Shown piece by piece: positions 24,748 through 36,130 of a stretch of 64,000 nucleotides of DNA. The notes beneath the pieces were generated by a model. It saw nothing but the letters and a program-made list of their open reading frames with translations, was not told where the DNA came from and did no database searches. A program made the position numbers and the translations under genes. Position 1 is the stretch's first letter; each line of letters starts with the position of its first letter. Source of the stretch: Cystobasidiomycetes sp. EMM_F5 (Eukaryota). Location: NCBI GenBank assembly GCA_051047955.1, contig JBPGPT010000003.1, forward strand, positions 124,001 through 188,000, read 5' to 3'.

Positions 24748-27179
24748 ATGGCCGCATCTCTGCTGCAAAGTATTGCAGACCGTCTGTCAGCGCTGGCCAT
24801 CAATCCCCTGGCCAGCTCGGGCGACTCTGTGAACCTCAAGACGTACGCTTTCAAGGTCCGTGAACGACAGTAATGTTTTTGCAAATGGCACGTAAATGCA
24901 TCGTGGAGCTCATTCTGTGAATCGCAAACAGCCAAAAGGCGGGGATGCAAAGCTTGTGCTTGTCGCTGCAGAGGACGACCGAGATATCGGCAAGGCCAGC
25001 GCGCTCGCAAAACAGATTGGCGTCAAGGACATGCGCGCGGCCGAGGAAGACTATGTGAAGGAGATTGTCGGAGAAACGAGAGCGAATAGTGAGTCGGGAG
25101 CCTCTTGTTTGATACTTGTGGTTCTAATTCTCACATTTTTCCACTCATCAGTTTCTCCATTGTCCATTGACTCGACGAACGGTACCTCCGTTCAACTTGT
25201 TCTTTCAGAAACCCTCAGTTCTCTCCCTTCCATATCTCTCGCAAACACCAGCTTGTCCGGATCAGATCTCGACAAATACCTCACATCAACGTCAGTCAAT
25301 ATCAAAAGGATGGCATTCCCCGTACGCGGTACCGCTCTAGTTGTGCAGCCTCCCGGTGCATCTGGGCCGGTCCCAGTAGCCAAGGTATCTGCGCCTTCCT
25401 CTAAGCCAGGCAAAGATTCTGCCAATGTTGTGTCGGGCGAGCCCAGCAACATTCAGAGTCTGGGAGTGACAATCAAGAAGGAGCAGGAAGATTTCGGTGG
25501 ATGGTACAAACAGGTGGGTTGCAGGTGTCTGCGTGTGCTTGTATAGTATACTCATGTTTCTTGACAGGTCCTGACTTATGGTGACATGATTGACTATTAC
25601 GACGTTTCTGGATGCTACATCCTCAAACCTGCGAGCTACGCAATCTGGGAATCGATACAGAGCTGGTTTGACGGAGAAATCAAGAAGCTCGGAGTCAACA
25701 ACTGCTACTTTCCGATGTTTGTGTCTTCAAAAGTGCTTGAAAAGGAGAAGGATCACATCGAAGGCTTTGCAGCCGAAGTCGCCTGGGTCACCAAGTCTGG
25801 TACTTCGGATCTGTCAGAACCTATCGCTATCCGTCCTACGTCCGAAACTGTGTTAGTGTATCGAAGTACGCATACCTGTGAATCAGCTGACTGGTGGCCG
25901 TGTTGCACAGAATGTACCCTTACTACGCCAAATGGATCAGAAGTCACCGTGATCTGCCTCTCAAACTCAACCAATGGAACAGCGTTGTTCGATGGGAATT
26001 CAAAAACCCGCAACCCTTCCTGAGAACAAGAGAATTCTTGTGGCAGGAAGGCCACACGGCGTTCCTGACCAAGGGCGAAGCCGATACGGAGGTACTAACG
26101 ATCCTGGACCTGTATCGCCGAGTATACGAAGACTTACTTGCTATCCACGTCATTCCCGGAAAGAAGTCTGAGAAGGAAAAGTTTGCAGGTGGTCTGTATA
26201 CTACCACAGTCGAGGGCTTTATCCCGACGACCGGACGCGGTATTCAAGGTGGAACATCTCACTGTCTCGGTCAAAACTTTAGCAAGATGTTTGATATTGT
26301 CGTTGAGGATCCGTCTAAACCTGCCAATGTCGAAGGAGAGGCATCGAAGTTGCATGTCTGGCAGAACTCTTGGGGTCTTTCTACGAGAACTATCGGTGTC
26401 ATGGTCATGGTGCACGGTGATGACAAGGGTCTAGTCCTCCCTCCTAGAGTAGCACAGCTGCAGGTGACCATCGTACCCTGCGGTATCACCGCCAAGATGA
26501 GCACCGAAGAGCGAACGAAGCTCATCGAGGAAGTCGAACGAACGGCGGAGCGGTTGCGAAAGATCAATGTACGGGTTCGTGCGGATACGCGAGAAGGATA
26601 TACTCCAGGCTTCAAGTTCAACGACGGCGAGATGCGTGGTATCCCGCTTCGTTTGGAGATTGGACCACAGGATCTGGCGAAGCAGCAAACCCTGTCTGTT
26701 CGCCGCGATACTGGAGCAAAAGTTCCTATCTCCCTTGGCGATCTGGAAAGCGATGTACCGAAGTTGCTCGAACAAATCCAAGCCGACATGTTTACAAAAG
26801 CCAAGCAAGCGTACGAGGAAAGACTTCGGGTAATCCGCGAGTGGAAGGATTTTGTTCCGACGCTCAACCAAAATTGCATTTGTGTGATTCCGTGGTGCGA
26901 GGTGGAAAAGTGCGAAGACGATATTAAAGATCGTTCGGCTGAAGAGTAAGTCCTTCGTGCTAGCCCGAGAGTTGGTGATGTCTGACAATGCATGTCCGTC
27001 TCCGTAGAAGCAAAATATTCTTGGGCGAACAAGACGAGAAGGCACCTTCTGCGGGTGCGAAATCGCTCTGCATTCCGTTTGATCAGGAGAGATGGGGAGT
27101 CAAGATTGACGAGACTGTTAAATGCACTGGATGTGGTGCACCGGCCAAGAGCATGACTTTGTTTGGGCGGTCGTATTAG
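24748..27179 (+). CDS. Cytoplasmic prolyl-tRNA synthetase with N-terminal YbaK-like domain; 5 introns
   Basis: Motifs [59 protein letters not shown] and C-terminal GAKSLCIPF...FGRSY. Confidence 0.97.
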
Positions 27180-27468
27180 AAGGCGTGCGCAACGGGGTTC
27201 TGGAAAGGTGGAGATGAAGCGGTTAGTCATAAGTCTCGCGGTTGCTAGGGTTCCATCCGTCCGCATAGCATCGTACTTCTGAGCAGTAACATGGTAATGG
27301 AGCCGGTCAGTCTCGTCCAAAGCCCGCAACGAGCTTTGACTTGCGAACCCCGCTCTTTCGGCCAGTCGCCACCTTCAGGGGAAGTGTCAGAATTACAACG
27401 CAGTCTGCTGTTTGCGTCTCGGCTGATTGACAGCAGCTGTACTTAGGGCTGACGCTGCCTGATACATT

Positions 27469-29563
27469 ATGGACAGTATACTGCCCAGAACGACGCTGGC
27501 TGCTGATATCGAGAGTCCTGTCAAGCGAGCGTCTTCATTGACGTATGGTGCCGAGGTCAACGAGGACAGCAATGCTTCAACGAAGACTCGCTCACTTAGG
27601 AGGACGTTTAAGCGTCGGAATAACAATGAAAACGGAGAGAAGAAGATATTCTGGACGCGCGAGAATCTCCAGCTCGCGGCGTGCTACTGGTCATTGGCGA
27701 GCGCTGGTATACATCGGGTCAATCTCCACAATTTCGCTCTGTTGACGTTTTTTGTACAGGTTGGAATGACGCTTCCGTCGGACCACTAATTCCGTACATG
27801 TAAGCCCTCGTTGTGGATGTTATGAAGAACGAAAGCAAACGCTAACAATTCGTGGAACAGGGAACGGTACTACAATGTAGGGAGATTCTAGGTTGAAATC
27901 TTTCGTACAAAAGCTGAAACTCATCCTCCCCTGAAGATTGGGTGAGCTTGAAGTCTGCGGCGCGTCGCTCGTGTCTTGATCGCATCGAACGAAGCTATAC
28001 AACGGTCGCTACGATGTTTGTCGGATCGTGCGGGGGCTACATCGTCGCTGGGCTACTCAATGGGAGATTGACATACAGTGAGTCTATTCTATGAACGCGA
28101 ACAAAGTAGCATCAGCGATGCTATCCAAATGCAACACAGGATTCGGGATGGGGAGATTGATAACCTTCGGGGCATGCCTACAAATGCTCGGTTATGCGGT
28201 CTTTATCGGTGCACCGCCTTTCGTCCTCTTCCCTATCACATATGTCGTCATTGGTAAGTTGACGTTGCTTTCTGGCAGATGTTGCCCATCCACCTGACGT
28301 GCATGCTGCAGGGTTTGGCGTTGCTGGGCAAGACGCCGGTGCGAATGCATATGTAGCAGGCCTGGACAACGCAAGTATCAAGTTGGGCTATCTACACGGT
28401 GCATATGGGCTGGGCGGGCTTCTCGCACCGCTGGTAGCGACGCTCTTTGTACAGCGGGGTCTCAAATTTTCACTCTTCTTCGCCGTGTCGCTTGGAATGG
28501 CAGCAGTCAATGTAGTCGTGCTCTTCTTCACGTTTTGTTGGAAGCAACAGCACAATCATACACAAGTCGCTGAGGTGGCTATTGCGGAGACACCGGCTAT
28601 CCCGATGACTCCGATGAAAACCGATGAAGGAGACCAGCACAGCGGAAATGGTAGACAAGGTCACGATAGCGTTCCTATCGCTGAAGAAATTACCGCGAGC
28701 GCGGAGGGGGCGCCGGCTCTGGTGGATCAGATGCATAATGCGAACGCGAGAGACAAAGCCATATTGACCAATCGTGTCGTATGGCTTACATGCTTTTTCT
28801 TGCTTGCCTACGTGGTACGTTTGTCATATCTTGAGCTTCACAAGTACTTACCTGTAGGTTGTGTGATAGGGAGCTGAAGTGTCTCTGGGCGGTTGGTGTG
28901 TATCGTTTCTGATACAAACAAGAGATGGCGATGCTTCGGTCGGCTATGTCGCTTCTGGATTCTGGGGAGGTATCACGCTTGGGCGTGTAGTGCTTCCTCG
29001 CTTCAATCTTTGGGTAGGAGAGCACCGAGTTATCTTTCTCTACTCTGCTCTCGCTATTGGCTTGGAGATCAGCATATGGGTGGCTCCCAGCATGATTGGC
29101 AATGCGGTCGCCTTCTCCCTGATTGGTTTCTTGCTTGGTCCGTTCTTCCCGGTCGCTATTTCTGTGCTTACCAAAGTACTGCCGAAGCACTTGCATGCAG
29201 ATGAGTCTGGAGGGTTGCAATGTCCATTGCAAAAGGCTAATATTCCGGTGTGATCTCACGCGGTGTAGGTTTAGTTGCTTCGATCGGGTCGGCAGGAGCG
29301 TGAGTATAACGACCATAGCTTGCCGGAGCTATAGTCTAACGTGGTGCATCATCTGCCGCCCGCAGCGCAATATTTCCCTTCACGACCGGCGCATTGGCCG
29401 GCAAGTATGGAACGTGGGTCTTGCAGCCCATGATCATCAGTCTGTTAGGGGTATGCCTTCGATGATTAATCAATGCTGAAGGAAGAAACGAGGCTAATCA
29501 CGACTTCAGGTCATGGTCATCCTCTGGCTCTTGGTACCACCGCCTTCGCGGCACTCTGACTGA
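27469..29563 (+). CDS. MFS transporter (fucose permease/Bsc6-like); about 10 introns including a probable AT-AC intron
   Basis: Motifs GWNDASVGPLIP, LHGAYGLGGLLAP, YVGAEVSLGGW, SGFWGGITLGR, GFLLGPFFP and AIFPFTTGALA. Confidence 0.9.
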
Positions 29564-29772
29564 GGTGTGTGTGACATAGCTCAAATCGTTATAGTAATCT
29601 CGCATAGTTCGGGGCATACCACCGCATGGTTCAGCTCTGCCTCGGCATGTTAGTAAGGCACAATCTTGTAAAGAATCAATCACAGTAGAGAGCCAGTGTC
29701 ACTGCATTGCTGCCAACAACTACCAGCACAAAGATCGGGGAAAGGTGTATTCGGTACATGAGCATTGGCACC

Positions 29773-30611
29773 CTACGCCTTGCTCTTCTTCAACTCCTTA
29801 GCGACGTTCCTTCTCCTCTGCGACTTGAGCAATTGGACCTGCAAACCACGGGTGGATTAGCTTACTGTATGGTACTCAAAGTGGCCGTCATACTCCTCCT
29901 CACCTTGAATCGGTCGAAGTCAGACAGAGCTTTCCGCTTCTCTTGACGAGCCCGCTTCTGGGCCCATCCGCTCTTCTCCCACTTTTCGCTAACTTCGCTC
30001 GCCTTCCACACCTTGCTGACGGCACCGCTGCCTGCATTGCGTGGCAGTTTCTTGAGCACGAAGGGGGTAAGGACCATGTTTTTGTAGGAAAGCGCTTGGC
30101 GGGGTACGCTGGTCTCTGGGCCATCAATGAGTGCCTGTAGGTTAAGCATGCGATGTCAGCAACTGCGCTGAGTGTGCTACGTCCGGAATGCAGGGCAGGC
30201 AGCAAGGCGACGCGCTCGTCCGTTTGGCATAGATCAGACACCGGCTGGTCGACTTCAGGTGAATACAGCTGAACCGGAGCGGAGGCGTGCCATCTGCATG
30301 CAAGTCGTGAATGTCGAGGTCGATATGGAATCCTTCACTGCTGCCTGCCCTTTACGATTGAGTTGGTGATTCCACTGACCCTCTTTGCGTCGATAATTTC
30401 GACAATCACGGCAAGGTTTCCCTTGCTGGCTCCCTCCTTGACGAGGACTACCCGTCCGACTTCTACGTATCGCTTGAATGTCGACTGTTGATTGATTTGC
30501 GACCGTATCGTGGTAGTATGCATGTAGAAGCGTAATCATTCCATTGAAAGACGGCAAGTTGGATCATCAGCGTTCAAATATTCCGTAAGCATTATGCAGC
30601 ACACTGACCAT
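29773..30611 (-). CDS. RPL14: 60S ribosomal protein eL14; 3 introns
   Basis: [15 protein letters not shown]...[18 protein letters not shown]...VPRQ...LSDFDRFK|V. The start codon is followed immediately by a GTCAGT donor. Confidence 0.95.
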
Positions 30612-31122
30612 GATTGAACAGCGATGTATGCAGACACGGTAATGGACTGCTTTCTTCTGACTCCTCGGGCTCTCTTTCCTTCGCCCAGAGTGATCGGGAT
30701 TTTTGGACTGGGAAAAACTCGCTCGGGAAGGCTCAACTTAGAACGAGGAGGGAGACTCCCCGCGCAGTTACCATGTCCCGCAAGACTCGATACACACTCG
30801 ACTCTTGTTCTTAATGCGCTTCCGTTCGCAGTCTTTCCCGTTTCTAACAGCTCATCATGCACGTCTCGCCCCCCTCGCACCCCCAATCTGCTGACAGTAA
30901 GAGGAGAAGCGAATTGACAGACAAGTTTCGATGATCTTTTCCCGCAGCAGCACGAGTGGATCTTACCCAAAACGCTGATGGTCTCAATTGCGGCATTTAG
31001 GCAGTGCAGGATTAGCGTGTCCATAAACAACCTGTCGAATGCACATGCCTTCGTTCGGTCCTTGCGTAGTTTCTGCTACAGTTGGCGATGCCCTCCCCTC
31101 CCCACGCGTGCTATATCACTGA

Positions 31123-31959
31123 TCAGACCTGACTTAACGAGGCTCGCAAGGAGTTCAAGCCCTTGTCTGTGAGTCCAACTACAATCCTCCCACCAGTCAC
31201 CTCAACGGCTGTGCGCTTCACTATGCCATCCAGGTCAGTCTTGATATGATCCCGCTTGGACTGAATCTATAAGCTCTGTTTAGCACGGCAGGGTGGCAAT
31301 GGCCCATTTGACGCACCATCTCTATGAGTATGCCGTTAGGATCGATTATGGACAAATGCTTGGCCGACCACCCTGCGACTGGGATCGCGCCTAGTCTCTT
31401 GACAGCAAGTGCGCGGAGAATCGGCCTGTGGAATTTGATGGACCTGGCGTATATTGCGCAACAGTCGTCGACATCATATTTAGGCAAACGTTTCCTACGC
31501 GTAGATCTACATTAACCCTAGTTGAATGCATCGCCATACATGTAGTACTTGCCGTATATCCAATTCGGTTGCGTATTGAATGGCGGTGATGCGGTATTTC
31601 ATGCTGGCATCCCATAGGCCAATCACTATCCAACGTGCTGTATCGTCCAAGTCTGGGAAAAGGTCGATATCGTCGGCAGTGTATCTTAGCATTGCTTCGA
31701 CAACAATTGCACCCTCCTCCAGACAGACGACCGGTAGCTCGCCAGACCGCTCCATCTCTCCCTCATGCCCGAGGTCAAGCATGTCCGCGAGCACTATCGA
31801 TAATCTGGCGAGCTGCTTCTTATGGACTCTAAAGTCCACAGGGTTCTCGGCCTCTCCTGATGGTGACGACTCTGCATCCTTGGCTGCTGAGCGGAGAATG
31901 ATATCGGCATCGGCGGCGTTGAAATTGAGGGAAACCTGCGCGACAGTATCGGATTGCAT
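31123..31959 (-). CDS. BTB/POZ-domain protein, copy 1; 3 exons
   Basis: FNAADADIILRS...DFRVHKKQLARLSIVLADML...LPVVCLEEGA...KYRI. Exon structure parallels copy 2. Confidence 0.85.
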
Positions 31960-32457
31960 GGAAGCAAAGGATGTGTTCAATACGAAAGTCGTCTAGTGTC
32001 GCTGCACAAACATGACTCTATTGGATTCTCGCCAGTCCGTAGTCCGCTGAACTCAGCGCGGCTCTTGCGGGGAAGTGGTGGACGCACTGAGACTCTTGAA
32101 TGACTTTCGATCATGCTCCACAACATGCAGACTGTGCAAATGCTATCATGTTCTCGACACATTGCTAAAGAGGGTCGGAAGCCGACGGCATGGTCAAGCC
32201 TGAATATGCATTAATCGCCATTCACCCGCAGATCTCCAGACCCGTGGGTCATTGTGTCATATATCCACTAAAGTCCGTGAGGCTGTTGATTCTCAGGCCT
32301 TCTTGGCGACACCCGGCGTCGATTCCGCTGGCACTGCGCACTGGTCAGATTCAGCTTGCCACCACGCCAGCTTGAGTTCAGCATATTTAACAGGTGGAGC
32401 GAATGCTGACAAGTGTGTAGCGGTGATGGTATCGGTTGGCTGATGTAGACTACTACC

Positions 32458-33311
32458 TCAGAATGCCGCCTCCAAATCACGGGTCAGCTGATCGTATGCT
32501 GCGGCGGTAAGTGGACCCTCGATCTTCTCGTCTGGAAGCGGCTGGTGCATTTGCCATGCACGATTGACCAAGCTCGGTAGTTTGTCCGCAAGGGTGTCTT
32601 TTTTCGCTCTTAACTAGAATTGCTTTCAGCAATTATTTGCATTGCTAGTCTGATCCTCAATAAAACGTACTAGATCAAGCAGCAACCCACTGGAGTATAT
32701 AGACGACAACAGATCTGTTGGCCACTTCGTGATTGGAAAACGACCGAGTGCCGACACAGCATTTGTGCGAATGTGCACTCTGTTGAAATTGACCGCAGTC
32801 GCGAAGACATTCGAGCAGTCTTTGACACCAAAGGCGTTCATGTATGTTCTGAGATGACATTCCGAAACGAAATTAGCTTTGTATTTCGGAACTATGAAGC
32901 GGTTGTTTACAGTAGATCCGTCTCCGTGGCATACTGAAGTGCCGGAATTTGATACTTTAATGCCGCGTTCCATAGAGCAATGACCATACTCGCGGAGATG
33001 TCCGCCATATCCGGCCAAAAGTCAACATCGGCAGAAGTATATCGAAGCATTCCTCCAATAACTGCGGCACCTTCTTCTAATTGAATGACGGGAAGGTCAC
33101 TCGCATGAGCGGTCGCTGTGTCCGTCCCGACCTCTAGCATATCTCTGAACACTACAGATAATTGGGCAAGTTGCTGCTTGTGAACTCTGAAGTCCTCGCA
33201 TACTTCTGCTTTCTCCGTTGGTGACATTTCGGCTGGGATAGCTGCGGAACGAAGGATGATATCCGCGTCTAGAGCATTGAAGACGTCATTTATCCTGATA
33301 TCTGTCGACAT
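32458..33311 (-). CDS. BTB/POZ-domain protein, copy 2; 3 exons
   Basis: FNALDADIILRS...DFRVHKQQLAQLSVVFRDML...LPVIQLEEGA...KYQI. Confidence 0.85.
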
Positions 33312-34019
33312 CTTGGCATGAATGGTATCCAAGAGGCTCAGGCTACACAGAATTCAGAAGCAGGGTCGCGTTCAACAGCGCTCCGTGGGGCCTGTGCAGC
33401 TACTCCGAGTCCGCAAGGGTGAGCAGTAGTGATGGAGATGTGGCAGACGTGAACATGATTGGATGGGCAGAAGTACAACATGCAAAACTGGCACGGCGGT
33501 GCGCACACTTCGGAAGTCAGGTACATGTCATGACTGCAGATTGCGCAGAAGGCCAGAACAAAGAGCAAATAATAACACGCCGCTGCCCAGGTAAGGCACC
33601 AGTTGTTCATCGTTCATGGTCGTCTACGTCTTTGTACAAGTTCTTGAGTCTGTCGACAGGACATACCACGGCAAATCTTCATTTCTGAGCCCTGAGAGTT
33701 GCAAATAAAGAGAGCCGATTTTCCAGCCCATCTTTCCCATCTCGACGTGCTAGCGACTTGACAATTGTAATTGTTCAATGGACACAAGCAGATTGTCGAC
33801 TCTCTGACCTCGAAATTAGGTACGCGAGACCCTATGCATTTTGGTGGCGAAAATTACCAGGCCTCTAACTTAGTGCAACAACCAGGCTTTTGGCATTGGA
33901 CTTGTACACAATGTCGGCGCGATGCTGAAGCTGATACCCTGCTAGAACATCGGATAGGAGTATTCCCTTTTTTGAATCTCCACCCTCTTCCAAGCGGTCG
34001 ACGATCCGGCGTCAGCGTC

Positions 34020-35716
34020 ATGGACAGCGAGCGCGCGACAATGCAACGACGACGGAGCAGCAACACCAGCGGCTTAATGGACGGCAGCGGCAGTAGTACT
34101 CGCGTACGGAGGGGCAACAGTAATGACAACAATATCCCTGGACCATCTTTCTCGTCTCTGGACGCCGGACGCGGTAGCAGTAAAGGGCTTACGAAAAGTA
34201 ATCTGCAAAGACGGAGTTCGCTGGGCGTTCTTCAAGAAGAGGATACACGACGATATGCACAGGATGATAATGAGGATGAAGAGCTTTTGTCGTCTTCGGC
34301 AGATGAGCTTTATGCGAGCTATGAGAGAGAAGGACACGCTCCATCTACTGCCGCTCCTCCACATCCGGACGACACCTTCTCAGGGCCGCTGCATTACGTG
34401 AGCTCCTGAGGCATTCTTCGATACGCGTTATTGCTGATCTGCGGGATGTATCATACGCAGCTCCCGCTTATAGTGGCAATCGTTCCCCCGCTCGGAGCAG
34501 CTTTGCATGGACGCGCTGAGGGTCAGTGGAGCACGACTACACAATGCCTCGAGTTGCGTACTAATTACGCTATACGTCCTTTTGACGTCTACATTCATCA
34601 GCATGGACCGACATTCTCATTCTACTGCTCGTGGCGTTTTACCTTTATCAGATTGTCAGAGGTGGGCAGTATAATCCACATTCTGAACAGACAGAATCCT
34701 GACACGACGTATACTTGTCCGTTACAGTCCCATGGGAAATCTACTACGCCTCTCGGACGCGGCGGATCAACGAAGCGGAGCATATCCTGAATGACGATTC
34801 AGACAGCATCACTCCAGAGTCGATCAAGCGACGTCGACAGTTGGCTCAATCTGAGCTCTACCAGCAAGAGCTTCTCTCTCTTGTATTCTGCGTAATGTCA
34901 CCCTTTATCGGATCGTACCTTCTCTACTATGTCAAGAGTGCCCTGAGCGAACCAGATCGGTACATCAACCCGTTCAATGTGCGACTGTTTGTACTTGCGT
35001 CTGGCGTAAAACCGTGGTCGCACTTCTTTCGACTCGTCAAGAATCGGTCACTGTTTCTACAGAGTGAAATCCACTATCCCCTGCCTACGGTGGACAATTT
35101 GAAGAAACGAGTAGCAAACCTCGAGGGAGCGCTGGAGGAGTTGCGAAGAGGGTACGCTACAAAGTTGGATGTCAAAAATCTGCGTGATGGAGTGGATGTA
35201 CCGCTCACGCAGCTCAGTAAAGCCGTACGGCGCAACGAGCGGAAGGAGGAATATCTGAGACTGTCATCCGAGGAACGATTTGTCCTGCTCACGGAACGGC
35301 AGGAAGAGATGCTCAATGAGCTTGCTCTGTCTGCACAGCTTATTGAGCGGTTAAGAGTCGAACAGCAGCACATGTCTGGAGGGATACTTCACGTGCTAAA
35401 GTATGTGTTTTCCGGAGAGCGAGTGATGGCAAAGACTCAGGAAGATGGTCATCGGATGCTGTGGTATGAACGGGGACCATTCTTTTACATGTTTCTTCCG
35501 GTGAGTGGTGCTGCATCTCCGCATGTTGCTGGAACACAGATGGCTAAATTGCGCTACTCTGGTACGTAGCTCATTGCTTCCAACAGAATGATGGAGGCGA
35601 CTGGACGAGCGATTGACAGCGTTTCGCGCAGGATACGGTCACCTGGCGGCAGCGGAATCATGCTCGAGAATGGGTCGAGCCGTGTCACTTCGAAAGCGGT
35701 GGCCACGCGGCATTAG
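34020..35716 (+). CDS. Uncharacterised membrane protein with C-terminal coiled coil; 4 introns
   Basis: Spliced hydrophobic segments LPLIVAIVPPLG, WTDILILLLVAFYLYQIVRVPW and LLSLVFCVMSPFIGSYLL; heptad region 35090-35370. Confidence 0.7.
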
Positions 35717-36130
35717 ATGGGAGTGTTGGACGGGTGTCTGTCAGTAGGCTAGGTGTGTTTGTCAGTGTCTCGCTGTACTTTGACCAGTCTTCTTCGTGAT
35801 GCTTCGTGCTTAGTCATGCATTGCCACTGAGAAGGTGTGGGAGGTGTGTTTGACGGGGAGAAGGGGCAGAATCCAGCACATAGAGGAAAGAGTGCTCGTG
35901 TTGCAATAGGTTGCCTCTGCTGTCTCCCCTCAAAGCAATACATACCCCTCCTTCACCACACCACCATCGTCCACCGAACATTCTCGTCTCTCCGAAGCCT
36001 AACGCCGCTCACGCCTTTTGCGCGTCCACCCGGCAGCAGTCAGCTCGGTGCGAAAGGCCGAAGCACAGTCTGAGCTCATCGAGGCAGCTGTTGGGAGCAC
36101 TCACACCCAGTCACCACCATCACCATTACA

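Noticed and set aside
26271..27329. 352-aa ORF antisense to prolyl-tRNA synthetase, and similar shadow ORFs
   Set aside because: No recognisable motifs and it runs through an intron of the sense gene; it is explained by codon bias in the real gene.
30928..30978. Possible box C/D snoRNA (TCGATGA...CTGA)
   Set aside because: Imperfect C box, only ~50 nt, no convincing terminal stem, and no clean rRNA-complementary guide next to a D box.
33338..33688. Cys-rich short ORFs between BTB copy 2 and the membrane-protein gene
   Set aside because: No convincing splice model or motif; probably divergent promoter or UTR sequence.
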